Positions 1 to 9,321 of a stretch of DNA of 28,778 bases are shown here, one piece after another (positions within the stretch are counted from its first letter, which is position 1; the number at the start of each line of letters is the position of its first letter). The stretch is from positions 1 through 28,778 of the forward strand of contig JAGGXO010000124.1 in the NCBI GenBank assembly GCA_021163015.1, read 5' to 3'. Both the position numbers and the translations under genes were made by a program. The stretch is from Candidatus Bipolaricaulota bacterium (lineage in GTDB: Bacteria > Bipolaricaulota > Bipolaricaulia > UBA7950 > UBA9294). The notes beneath the pieces are model-generated. The model was not told the DNA's origin. It did no database searches and saw only the letters and a list, made by a program, of their open reading frames with translations.

Positions 1-1877
1 TCCTCCAGCACTTCTCCCAGGTATTCACCAGGAGTAATGACCTCCCCTTCCATAACCGGCTCCAGAAGGTCAAAACGCCCCACACTATAAGCCTTATGGA
101 TCGCAGCGGAAGCCGCCGCTCGAAAGGCAATCTCAGATGAATCCACAGGATGATAGGATCCCCCAATTAAGGTGGCTCCGATATCCACCAAAGGATAACC
201 GGCAAGGGGGCCATTTGTCAACGTCTCTCGCACTCCACTCTCAATCGCAGAGCGATACTGCCGCGGAATGTCCATCTCGTCCGCCTTGTCCGTGAAGCGG
301 AAGCCGCCTCCACGCGCAAGCGGCGCCAGTTCAACGATCACGTGCGCATACTGTCCCCGCCCGCCGATCTGTTGATCGAACGTCTCCTCAACCGTCACTG
401 AATCGCTGAGAGTTTCATGGTAGGCTACCTGTGGTTCACCTACATGTGCAATGACACCCAGCTCCTCGCGCATCCTGCGCATGAGAACCTCCAGATGAAG
501 TTCCCCCATGCCAGAGATGACCGTCTGATTGGTCGTATCATCGAAGCGCACACGAAAGGTCGGATCCTCCAGTGACAGTTTCTGGAGCGCATCATTCAGA
601 ATTCCTTGCTCAGCTTCCGTGCGCGGTTCGATGGCGATGAACACCACGGGCTCAGGAAACTCGATCTTCTCCAGGAGGATCGGATGTTCCTTGTTACACA
701 ATGTGTCTCCAGTGAAGATCGGCGTCGAACCGACCACTGCTACAATATCTCCGGCCTGCATCTGCTCAACTGGCGTTCGTTGATTAGCGTGCATGCGGAA
801 GATCTTCGTTATGCGCATTCCTCTTCCGGTGGAGCGATTGAACGCGTGTCCACCTACTTTCACTCGCCCTGAATAGACACGGACAAAGACCAACCGACCA
901 GCATACTGATCTGTAACCACCTTGAACGCCAGCGCAGAGAATGGTTCATCTGGTGATGCATTGCGCAACTCATCGCTCTCTACATCATGGACCGGTGGGA
1001 CATCAAGCGGAGAAGGGAGATACCGTACAACAGCGTCCAAGAGAGGTTGAACTCCCTGGTTGCGGAATGCCGATCCACCAAGCACGGGGACATGCCCTCC
1101 GGCAATGCAGGCCCGCCGGAGCGCCGCGTGAAAAGACGCTGCCGCCACATCCCCTTTCGACAGATACTCCTCCATCACGTCGTCATCGGTTTCGGCGACC
1201 CGTTCGAGCATCCGTTCCCGGTACTGTTCAACATCACCTAACATTCCTTCCGGAACGGGACGCAATTCATAGTGCTCGCCCTTGCTCTCCTCGTTCCATA
1301 CGATCATCTGGCGAGAGAGGAGGTCGATCATTCCCTGTAGGTGACGCTCCTCGTCGCGATGGGGAAGCTGCAGCGGAACAACCGCAACGCCGAGGCGTTC
1401 TTCGATCATGTCCAAGGTTTCTGCGTAGCTTGATTCAACGCGGTCGAGTTTGTTGACGAATGCAATGCGGGGAATATGGTAGCGATCGGCTTGTCGCCAA
1501 ACAGTCTCCGATTGTGATTCCACCATCTCCACGCCGGAGAAAATGACTATTCCTCCGTCCAGAACGCGCAGGGCACGTTCGACCTCTGCTGTAAAGTCAA
1601 CGTGCCCCGGTGTATCGATAATATCTATCCTGTGTTCCCGCCAGAAACACGTCGTAGCCGCCGAGGTGATGGTGATCCCCCGTTCGCGTTCCTGCGCCAT
1701 CCAGTCCATTTCGGTGTCACCCTCATGGACCTCACCCATCTTGTGCGTGCGGCCAGTGTAGTAGAGAATCCGCTCGGTGGTGGTTGTCTTTCCGGCATCT
1801 ATGTGAGCCATGATGCCGATGTTCCGCACTCGTTCCATGGGCACGGAACCATTATCGACACTAGCATCACTGGGCAT
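1..1877 (-). CDS. fusA: Elongation factor G, 5' part (runs off the left edge)
   Basis: Manual translation from ATG 1877 (GGAGAGG upstream): MPSDASVDNGSVPMERVRNIGIMAHIDAGKTTTTERILYYTG...ERGITITSAATT...DTPGHVDF...FVNKLDR...FRMHANQR...EFPEPV. Absent from the ORF track, consistent with no stop in the window. Confidence 0.98.
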   Translation of the reverse strand, partial: MPSDASVDNGSVPMERVRNIGIMAHIDAGKTTTTERILYYTGRTHKMGEVHEGDTEMDWMAQERERGITITSAATTCFWREHRIDIIDTPGHVDFTAEVERALRVLDGGIVIFSGVEMVESQSETVWRQADRYHIPRIAFVNKLDRVESSYAETLDMIEERLGVAVVPLQLPHRDEERHLQGMIDLLSRQMIVWNEESKGEHYELRPVPEGMLGDVEQYRERMLERVAETDDDVMEEYLSKGDVAAASFHAALRRACIAGGHVPVLGGSAFRNQGVQPLLDAVVRYLPSPLDVPPVHDVESDELRNASPDEPFSALAFKVVTDQYAGRLVFVRVYSGRVKVGGHAFNRSTGRGMRITKIFRMHANQRTPVEQMQAGDIVAVVGSTPIFTGDTLCNKEHPILLEKIEFPEPVVFIAIEPRTEAEQGILNDALQKLSLEDPTFRVRFDDTTNQTVISGMGELHLEVLMRRMREELGVIAHVGEPQVAYHETLSDSVTVEETFDQQIGGRGQYAHVIVELAPLARGGGFRFTDKADEMDIPRQYRSAIESGVRETLTNGPLAGYPLVDIGATLIGGSYHPVDSSEIAFRAAASAAIHKAYSVGRFDLLEPVMEGEVITPGEYLGEVLE

Positions 1878-1929
1878 AGAGACCCTCTCCGTTAGAAAAC
1901 GTTAATTTGGACAGAGATTCGTGGATCAG

Positions 1930-2388
1930 CTACCAGCGATAGTGAGCGAATGCGCGGTTTGCCTCAGCCATGCGGTGAACGTCCAGCCTCTTGTTGTATG
2001 CCTTCCCTTCCTTACGCGCAGCGTCCATGATCTCCGCTGCAAGGCGGCCTCCCATCGTGTTACCGTTGCGATCGCGCGCTGCGGCCACAATCCATCGCAG
2101 AGCCAGGGCAATCTGTCGATCCTGCGGCACCTCGTAAGGGACCTGGTAATTTGCTCCACCAACGCGCCTGGTTCGAACCTCTAGGCGTGGTGAGCAGTTC
2201 GCAAGCGCGGTGTTGAACACCTCAAGAGGCGTCTCATCCGCGCGTTGGCTAATCCTATCCAACGCATCATACACAACCTTCTCCGCGACTGACTTCTTGC
2301 CATCCTGCATGACGTAGTTAATCAGCTTTGCGAGGAGCTGGCTATTATACTTGATGTCTGGTTTGACATCGCGACCAGGTAATTCCAT
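1930..2388 (-). CDS. rpsG: 30S ribosomal protein S7 (152 aa)
   Basis: DGKKSVAEK, LEVRTRRVGGANYQVP, HRMAEANRAFAHYRW. Start ATG 2388 follows an AGGAGG SD; the longer ORF from 2670 is a spurious extension over rpsL. Confidence 0.98.
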   Translation of the reverse strand: MELPGRDVKPDIKYNSQLLAKLINYVMQDGKKSVAEKVVYDALDRISQRADETPLEVFNTALANCSPRLEVRTRRVGGANYQVPYEVPQDRQIALALRWIVAAARDRNGNTMGGRLAAEIMDAARKEGKAYNKRLDVHRMAEANRAFAHYRW

Positions 2389-2396
2389 ATTTCCTC

Positions 2397-2767
2397 CTAG
2401 CTCCCCTTCTTGGCTCCGTACTTCGATCGGCCCTGCTTGCGGCCTTCCACGCCCTCGGCGTCCAGACTTCCACGAACGATGTGATAGCGCACCCCAGGCA
2501 GGTCCTTGACACGACCGCCACGAACCATGACTATCGAGTGTTCCTGCAAGTTGTGCCCTTCTCCGCCGATGTAAGCCGTAACCTCTTTGCCGTTGCTTAA
2601 GCGGACACGTGCCACTTTTCGCAGTGCTGAGTTTGGCTTCTTCGGCGTACGTGTATAGACACGCGTACACACGCCACGCTTCAGTGGGCTCGCTCCAAGT
2701 GCTGGAGCCTTGCTCTTCTTCGTCTTCGGCTTTCGCCCAACCTGATAAGCTGATTAATTGTCGGCAT
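2397..2767 (-). CDS. rpsL: 30S ribosomal protein S12, reading frame broken by one missing base near 2735-2742
   Basis: ATG 2767 gives MPTINQLIR; the other frame gives [14 protein letters not shown]...[22 protein letters not shown]...[12 protein letters not shown]. Span is 371 nt, not a multiple of 3. Confidence 0.95.
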
Positions 2768-2790
2768 ATTCACTTTCCAAATCGTTGTGG

Positions 2791-2819
2791 ATTATAGATT
2801 CCCTCACAAAACCTGTCAA
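2791..2819 (-). promoter_or_regulatory. Perfect-consensus sigma70 promoter for rpsL-rpsG-fusA
   Basis: TTGACA (2819-2814), 17 bp, TATAAT (2796-2791); the -35 box contains the rpoC TGA stop. Confidence 0.9.
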
Positions 2820-5800
2820 GCAGATTCCTCGATCTGCCTCTCTTGCTCTGCTGCGGCTATTCCATCTTTGGTATATTTGAAGCCCGTTCCCGACTGGATT
2901 CTCTTTCCAACGATAACGCTTGGCTTTAGGCCATCAAGATTGTCGACCTCTCCACGGAGCGCTGCCTCGGAAAGGACCTTTGTGGTTCGTTGGAACGATG
3001 CTGCTGAAAGCCACCCTTTCGTTTGCAGCGCTGCTTTGGAGATCCGCAATAGCTCGCGCTCGCCACTTGGCAAACGCTTCTCGACAAGCGGGATTTCAAT
3101 GGGCTCTCCCCCCTGTACGATCGTTATCGACTGCACGCCATTTCGCTGCGCTCTTTTCAGTATCTCAGCGGTCAGGATCTCGCCACTCGATGCAATCAGC
3201 TTCCCTTCCTGCACAACGTCTTCTGCAAGAGCCTCTCCTACTGCGGACGAACGCATTCGCTCTGCCGATTGGTTCCACTCCACGAGGTCGCGCACCTCCT
3301 TCTGGAATTCTTCTAGGAGAACGAGGTCGTTTATATGGAAATGTGAGTCGCCCGTATCGGTGACACGAACGTTGTTAAGAATCTGTCGGATGATCACTTC
3401 GAGATGCTTGTCGTTGATGTCAACGCCCTGCACCTTGTACACCTTGTGTATCTCTGTCAGGAAATACTCGCGTGCTTTGTTCACCCCAGCAAGATCGAGA
3501 AGCGTGTGGGGAGCAACAACACCCTTGGTGAGCAAATCACCCTTCCTAACTTTGTCACCAGCACGAACTGTCGCCATCTGATCGATTTCCACCTGGCTCT
3601 TAGCACGTACCGTGAGCCTTGTTATCCCGCCGTCGTTCTCTACCTTCTCGACCTGCAGGAGATTGTCGTCACCAACCTCCACGTTCACCAGTTTGCCGTC
3701 AACACGTACCTTCTCTCCGTGCCCAACGGCAGGTGATACATTCGCCGTCAGCGGGAATCGGATAGATCGGCCTTCTGGATTGTAGACGACAATTCGATCG
3801 TCGAGGATGATGGCCGTGCCTGCGGATTCCGACGCGATGAAGATTGGTTTGGATCGCGACGTGAGCTGATCACCCACTTTTACAGTGGCCCCGGGTTCAA
3901 CCATCATCCGGGCACCGTAGGCGATTTCATAGTCGGATTTCTCTCCATCTTCTCCGACAACACTGAATGATCGATCGTTCTCCTCCGACATCTCGACCCT
4001 TCCGGCTCGATCGGCGAAGACCGGTTCGATGTTGAATCTCTCAGTAAGCGGGTCTCCCTCTGACACAACGTCTCCGTCCTTCACAGAGGGGGCCGCCCCA
4101 TGCGGGAGGACATACGAACGATCTCCGGCATCGGCATCGATGACAAACATCTCCTTGTGTCCATTTGCCTCAAGGATGAATACTTCTCCTGGGCACGGGC
4201 TCCCGCCAGTGATGAGCTTTGCCGGGCTAACCTCGGCACCCTCAGAAGCAGGCTTCAGCGCCGAAGGGACCAGTATCACTCGCTGATCGCCGATTACCTC
4301 AACGCGATCCTTACCAGTTTCAAGAGGCGTGATAGATTCAATGTAGCCATCTAACGGAGAGATCCCAGCCTGCGCGCTCTTCATCGTATTGCGCGCCTCA
4401 AATAGCTCTTCTGCTCGGGGGAGTCCCTGCGTTATGTCCTCTCCAGCAACACCACCGGTGTGGAAGGTACGCATCGTTAGCTGCGTCCCCGGCTCGCCAA
4501 CGGATTGCGCTGCGATCACTCCGATCGCCGTGCCCAGTTCGACCGGCCTGTGAATGCTCATATCGTAGCCGTAGCAGCGTTGACAGACCCCGTTGATCGA
4601 TTCGCAGACCATGGGAGAGCGGATAACGATCTGGGGTCGTACGTTGATCTTGGTGACCTTCGCATTCTTCAGCGCTTGCACGAGGCGAGGTGTTATCAAT
4701 TCATCCGCCTGAACGATGACCCTCCCCGTCTTCTTATCATGCACATCATCTACGCTCTTCGCTCCCACTAGATGCTCAGAGCCCTTGCCCGTCACTGGCA
4801 CAACCGCCTCCAATCGCCCGACAAGCTCAGCCATCTCGCGAGTGATCCACTGCTCGGCCTCGACAAGGACCTCGCCATTGCGCGGATCAACTATCGGTCT
4901 GCTCGTCACACGACCATAGATCCGCGCCTCGATCGGTTCCATGATATCGTGTTTGCTAAACCGCAACGGATCGATATCCACGCCCTGTGTGGTCCCACAG
5001 TCATGCTCACGCACGATCATGTCCGACGTGGCATCGACCAGACGTCGCGTCAAGTATCCTGAATCAGCTGTCTTGAGAGCCGTGTCGGCGGCCCCTTTTC
5101 GTCCGCCGTGTGTGGAGATGAAGTACTCCATCATATCCAACCCCTCGCGGAAGTTGGAGACAACCGGTCGCTCGATGATCTCACCCGACGGACCGGCCAT
5201 CGGACCGCGCATCCCACACAATTGCTTCACCTGGTCCGGGCCACCCCGTGCGCCTGAGTTAACGATCCCGTAGACGGCGTTGTACTTGTGCTTGCGCAGA
5301 TTCTCCATCGTCGCATCTTCCACAGCATCAACGGTTCGACGCCACACTCGGATGACAGCACGCCTGCGCTCATCCTCGGTCGCCAGCCCCACCTGGAACA
5401 TCTTCTGAATACGCTTCACTACGGCGTATGACTCCTTGATGATCGCCTCTTTTTCGGAAGGGATCAGGCAGTCCTTGATGGAGATCGTCAACCCAGAAAG
5501 CATGGCGTACTTGAACCCGAGGTTCTTCAGCTCATCAAGCACCTCCGAGGTCTTCTCCCAACCGAAGCGATCGTGGCACTCCTTAATGGTAGCCTTGATC
5601 GCACGGCGATCCATGATCCGCTCGTAGTTGCGAATCTCCTTCGGGAAAATCTCGTTCATCTGCGCTCTCCCAAGCGTCGTATCAATGACCTTACCGTCGA
5701 TGCGAATCTTCACCGGGGCGTGCAGGTCGAGAATCCCCTCTTCCTGCGCCCGCCACGCTTCGTCGAGGTCACGGAAGTACTTCCCCGCTCCAGAAGCATC

Positions 5801-7771
5801 GTTGTCGAGCAGAGTTAGGTAGTAGTAGGCATAGATCGGATCCTGTGTGGGCAGGCTCAGCGGCTCACCGTGCGCCGGAGAGAGGATATTGCGCGGTGCC
5901 GCCATAAGCTCTCTGGCTTCGGCAATCGCTTCTGGCGATAGAGGAAGATGCACTGCCATCTGATCGCCATCGAAGTCCGCGTTGTATGGCGTGCACATCA
6001 ACGGATGAAGGTGAATGGCATCGCCATCGACGAGGACAGGCTCGAAGGACTGCATCGAGAGCCGATGCAGCGTTGGAGCGCGGTTGAGGAGGACTGGGTG
6101 ATCCTTAATCAACTTCTCTAAGATATCCCACACCTCTGGCATTCCACCGAGCAGCGCCTTGTTCTTGATCTCATCAAAATCGGAGAACGTTGTCGTCTCC
6201 AGGTAGTGAAGGATGAACGGCTTGAACAGTTCGAGTGCCATCTTCTTTGGCAGGCCACACTGCGACATCTTCAGCTTCGGATCGACAACGATCACCGCTC
6301 GTCCCGAATAATCGACACGACGTCCAAGCAGGTTTCGTCGCAAGCGCCCATGCTTTCCATGAATCCTCTCAGAGAGCGACTTGAGCGGACGGTTATCGCG
6401 ACCACGAATCGGGCTCTCCTTCTTCTCGTTGTGGATCAGGGCGTCGACCGCCTCTTGCAGCATCCTCCGTTCGTTGCGCAGGATGACCTCGGGTGCTCCC
6501 ATGTCGATCAGCTTCTTCAAGCGGTTGTTCCTGTTGATGATGCGGCGATAAAGATCGTTCAGATCGGTCGTAGCGAACTTGCCGCCTTCTAGCTGAATCA
6601 TCGGCCTTAGATCGGGAGGAAGCACAGGAATGATCTCGAGGATCATGTCCTGGGGATTGTTCTCCGAGTCACGTATTTGATCGACGACTTCCAAGCGCTT
6701 CACTAGTCGGCGCTTGTTCCCCATCGCACGTTCATGTTCTAGTTCCGTGCTCAACTGCGTGTGAAGCTTGTCGAAGTCCAGTTCTTCAAGGAGTCCCTTT
6801 ATCCCTGCTGCTCCGGTAGCAGCGACAAAACCATCAGGATAGACCCGTTCGTACGCGCGTTTCTCAAGGAACGTAATGCGTTCCCCTACCTGCCGCGGGA
6901 ACGCCGGATTTCTCACCTTCGTGATCAGGAAGACAAGGCTATCCAAGACCTCACGGTCGATCGGTTCGCCTGTCACTTCCGGGCCGTAGCGATCCACAAG
7001 CATATCGAACGCCGTCTTGGAGCAGAGTTCACCCACAGGCCTCTCGGCAATGAGTGCGGCAACTTCAACCTCGTCTCCGTCTTCGACCGCGAGGCTCTCC
7101 TCGCCCACGATCGGATACTCCTGTGAGCCGATCACCACCGCTTGGGACCTTTCACCATTAGTGAGGGTTCTTTCCTCCAGGATAACTCGTCCAGCCTCCT
7201 CAGCCACAACCCGAGGAGCTGTATCAACGAAGTACGCTTCCTCCACAGTGAAATCATAGGCGCTGCTTAAGATATCCACTTCCGAGGAATAGAGCGTCTC
7301 TCCGGGGTGCACTTCGCGTGACTGCGAAGCCGTTACCAGATACAGGATTTGTTCGACAGGCTCGGTCTCATAATAGGCGATGCGCTGGAGTTCCTTCTTC
7401 TTCATCCCCAATAGGCGAGCAAGAAGGCTGGAGACTCCCTTTAGGAACCAGAAATGAACCACAGGGCTTGCAAGCGCGATGTGGCCCATATTGACACGCC
7501 GCACGGAAGAGTCCGTCACAAGAACATGACACTTCTCGCAGGTTATCCCTTCATACTTCTTCCCTTTGTACTTACCACAAGCGCATTCGTAGCTATTCTC
7601 TGGGCCGAAGATCTCCTCTGCATAGAGCCCCCCCCGCTCTGGCCGATGCGTACGATAGTTGATCGTTTCCGATTCTGTGACCTCGCCATGAGACCACTGC
7701 AGCATATCCGCCGGGGATGCCAGTTGTAGCTTAATCCGCTTGATGTCATCGCCAGAAATCAATAGGCTCAC
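2816..7771 (-). CDS. rpoC: DNA-directed RNA polymerase beta' subunit (1651 aa, lineage-specific inserts)
   Basis: Zn finger CACG...CEKC; NADFDGD at aa 597-603 (5963-5983); bridge helix [16 protein letters not shown]; trigger loop [13 protein letters not shown]; SAASFQ. GTG start 7771, or a TTG three codons downstream behind GAGGTG. Confidence 0.99.
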   Translation of the reverse strand: MSLLISGDDIKRIKLQLASPADMLQWSHGEVTESETINYRTHRPERGGLYAEEIFGPENSYECACGKYKGKKYEGITCEKCHVLVTDSSVRRVNMGHIALASPVVHFWFLKGVSSLLARLLGMKKKELQRIAYYETEPVEQILYLVTASQSREVHPGETLYSSEVDILSSAYDFTVEEAYFVDTAPRVVAEEAGRVILEERTLTNGERSQAVVIGSQEYPIVGEESLAVEDGDEVEVAALIAERPVGELCSKTAFDMLVDRYGPEVTGEPIDREVLDSLVFLITKVRNPAFPRQVGERITFLEKRAYERVYPDGFVAATGAAGIKGLLEELDFDKLHTQLSTELEHERAMGNKRRLVKRLEVVDQIRDSENNPQDMILEIIPVLPPDLRPMIQLEGGKFATTDLNDLYRRIINRNNRLKKLIDMGAPEVILRNERRMLQEAVDALIHNEKKESPIRGRDNRPLKSLSERIHGKHGRLRRNLLGRRVDYSGRAVIVVDPKLKMSQCGLPKKMALELFKPFILHYLETTTFSDFDEIKNKALLGGMPEVWDILEKLIKDHPVLLNRAPTLHRLSMQSFEPVLVDGDAIHLHPLMCTPYNADFDGDQMAVHLPLSPEAIAEARELMAAPRNILSPAHGEPLSLPTQDPIYAYYYLTLLDNDASGAGKYFRDLDEAWRAQEEGILDLHAPVKIRIDGKVIDTTLGRAQMNEIFPKEIRNYERIMDRRAIKATIKECHDRFGWEKTSEVLDELKNLGFKYAMLSGLTISIKDCLIPSEKEAIIKESYAVVKRIQKMFQVGLATEDERRRAVIRVWRRTVDAVEDATMENLRKHKYNAVYGIVNSGARGGPDQVKQLCGMRGPMAGPSGEIIERPVVSNFREGLDMMEYFISTHGGRKGAADTALKTADSGYLTRRLVDATSDMIVREHDCGTTQGVDIDPLRFSKHDIMEPIEARIYGRVTSRPIVDPRNGEVLVEAEQWITREMAELVGRLEAVVPVTGKGSEHLVGAKSVDDVHDKKTGRVIVQADELITPRLVQALKNAKVTKINVRPQIVIRSPMVCESINGVCQRCYGYDMSIHRPVELGTAIGVIAAQSVGEPGTQLTMRTFHTGGVAGEDITQGLPRAEELFEARNTMKSAQAGISPLDGYIESITPLETGKDRVEVIGDQRVILVPSALKPASEGAEVSPAKLITGGSPCPGEVFILEANGHKEMFVIDADAGDRSYVLPHGAAPSVKDGDVVSEGDPLTERFNIEPVFADRAGRVEMSEENDRSFSVVGEDGEKSDYEIAYGARMMVEPGATVKVGDQLTSRSKPIFIASESAGTAIILDDRIVVYNPEGRSIRFPLTANVSPAVGHGEKVRVDGKLVNVEVGDDNLLQVEKVENDGGITRLTVRAKSQVEIDQMATVRAGDKVRKGDLLTKGVVAPHTLLDLAGVNKAREYFLTEIHKVYKVQGVDINDKHLEVIIRQILNNVRVTDTGDSHFHINDLVLLEEFQKEVRDLVEWNQSAERMRSSAVGEALAEDVVQEGKLIASSGEILTAEILKRAQRNGVQSITIVQGGEPIEIPLVEKRLPSGERELLRISKAALQTKGWLSAASFQRTTKVLSEAALRGEVDNLDGLKPSVIVGKRIQSGTGFKYTKDGIAAAEQERQIEESA

Positions 7772-7820
7772 CTCGCGCTTGGGTGCACATTTACTCTCTC
7801 TAAATGCACTGCACCATTAC

Positions 7821-7846
7821 AAAAAGGCCCCGTCAGCAACAGGACC
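7821..7846 (-). terminator. Intrinsic terminator or attenuator between the FmdB-like gene and rpoC
   Basis: Minus strand GGTCCTGT-TGCTG-ACGGGGCC-TTTTT: 8-bp stem (two G.U pairs), 5-nt loop, U5 tract. Confidence 0.7.
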
Positions 7847-7894
7847 GCCGCCATACTTAACTACCTTCTCTTCTGATTGGGAGACACCACTGAC

Positions 7895-8122
7895 TCATCC
7901 TTTAGCCTTTGCCGATGTAGATGCTCCGCTCTCTCTGCCTTTGACTGCATAATCTGTCGTGTAGTACCCGCTCCCTTTGTAAACTACACCTATGCGTGGC
8001 ATGAGACGCTCGAGTTCCTCGCTTCCACACGCCGGGCACCTAAGCGTGATATCCTCCCCATTCTGCTGCAAAACCTTGAAAACCGTCTGGCAGCAGCTAC
8101 ACTCATAACGATAAAAAGGCAT
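7895..8122 (-). CDS. FmdB-family zinc-ribbon protein (75 aa)
   Basis: MPFYRYECSCC...CPACGS...KGSGYYTTDY plus a low-complexity tail; ATG 8122 follows GAAGGGGG. Confidence 0.9.
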   Translation of the reverse strand: MPFYRYECSCCQTVFKVLQQNGEDITLRCPACGSEELERLMPRIGVVYKGSGYYTTDYAVKGRESGASTSAKAKG

Positions 8123-8207
8123 ACGCCCCCCTTCTTCCCTCTTTGGGGGTTTTCGTCGGTTTCCTCTTCTAGTGTACGTCATACGAACGAATCGACGTTG
8201 TTCGGAT

Positions 8208-8235
8208 AGTATACCTCATGTAGCGCGCTTTTCAA
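8208..8235 (-). promoter_or_regulatory. Putative sigma70 promoter for the FmdB-like gene (and possibly rpoC)
   Basis: TTGAAA (8235-8230), 16 bp, TATACT (8213-8208). Confidence 0.55.
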
Positions 8236-9295
8236 CCACGGGAGTAATCCCGTTCCCCGTAGGTGAAGAAAGGCGGCAAGAGAAGCACCTCTTACCTATC
8301 TCCTTTGATGAATGGAATGGCAGAACATTCAGTTGCTGTGTCTCATCATCATTTTCGAACCGATAGCTAACGGGAACAGCCGCCAAGTGAGAAGCATTGC
8401 TGTGGGTGGCGGTGATGCGGCCTGCAAGTTTTATTATCTCCTTAATCTCTTTCTGCGATTTGCTGTTCCAATCAGTGCGCACTAGAGCCATCGCTCCTGG
8501 ATGGGTGGGCAGATATACGCGCAGATCCTGCGGCAAGAAGTAAGTCTGCAGCGTTCTCTTTTCATCCTCGTCTAGCGCCAAGACCATCTTGACATCCGGA
8601 GATCGTTTGTAGTACAAATCAAACTCTAGCAGCTTAAGCGTGTTGAGAGTAAACACCTCCTCGGCGAATAGATTCTCCAACCTCTTGCCAAATCCCGGGA
8701 TGGTCAACTTGCATCGCGAGTAGAAACCAATCTCGTTCTCGACGTCAAGATCGAGGTGTCTTCCCAACTCAATTAGCGAATTCTTTTCTCCATCACGTAG
8801 ATCGCTGAGGAGATCACGGTCCACCCACCCCTTGATCTCCGGAATCGTCGGGGGCAGGCTCCGAGCGGAGAGTGGACGAAGCACAAGGCCAATGATGCCA
8901 AGATCTTCGACTATGCGTTCCAATTCCTGCTCAGTTAGTCCATTGTGATCGACAATCTCGCCAGTGACGATGAAATCGGCCTTGAGACGCTGCATGAACC
9001 GGATCCCACGGGAGAGCATCAGCATCCGACAGCTCAGACAACTGCGCAGGAGTGAAAAGGACTGCCCAGGAATGATATTTGCCAATCTGCGATAGTCTTT
9101 CTTCAGCGATTGTGTACGAAACACTGTCCCTGGCCACTCTTCCTTGACTAGGTCACGCAGGCCATCGTGTTCATCAAAGAAAGGGGAGCGGAAGTGCAAG
9201 AGAAAGATCTCGTCGACCGCGGGGGAACGTTGCACCAGCCGCGCCGCGACACGGCTAGCAAGACTACCAGAGAACAGAACGAGTGCCGTTACCAC
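8216..9295 (-). CDS. ThiI/MnmA-like PP-loop (tRNA thiolase-like) family protein with degenerate ATP-binding loop
   Basis: LFSGSLAS in the PP-loop position, HFRSPFF, CLSC, DFIVTGE, LRPLSARSLPPTIPEIKGWVDR, RCKLT. Confidence 0.75.
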   Translation of the reverse strand: MVTALVLFSGSLASRVAARLVQRSPAVDEIFLLHFRSPFFDEHDGLRDLVKEEWPGTVFRTQSLKKDYRRLANIIPGQSFSLLRSCLSCRMLMLSRGIRFMQRLKADFIVTGEIVDHNGLTEQELERIVEDLGIIGLVLRPLSARSLPPTIPEIKGWVDRDLLSDLRDGEKNSLIELGRHLDLDVENEIGFYSRCKLTIPGFGKRLENLFAEEVFTLNTLKLLEFDLYYKRSPDVKMVLALDEDEKRTLQTYFLPQDLRVYLPTHPGAMALVRTDWNSKSQKEIKEIIKLAGRITATHSNASHLAAVPVSYRFENDDETQQLNVLPFHSSKEIGKRCFSCRLSSPTGNGITPVVEKRAT

Positions 9296-9321
9296 GCGGC
9301 TAACCTAACCATTATCCTCCC

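Noticed and set aside
1-1877. fusA and the terminal GT4 are absent from the ORF track, suggesting pseudogenes
   Set aside because: Both run off the window edges; the parts I translated by hand are in frame.
2389-2670. N-terminal extension of S7 in the ORF track (246 aa), suggesting an S12-S7 fusion or overlap
   Set aside because: An off-frame reading of rpsL; S7 has its own SD and ATG at 2388.
2681-2767. Arg-rich 28-aa frame-0 peptide as an attenuation leader peptide
   Set aside because: The Arg run is the off-frame reading of the Lys-rich S12 N-terminus; no independent support.
2787-7729. Many plus-strand ORFs, for example 2787..3581 (264 aa)
   Set aside because: All are antisense to rpoC with the Ser/Arg-rich composition typical of shadow frames.
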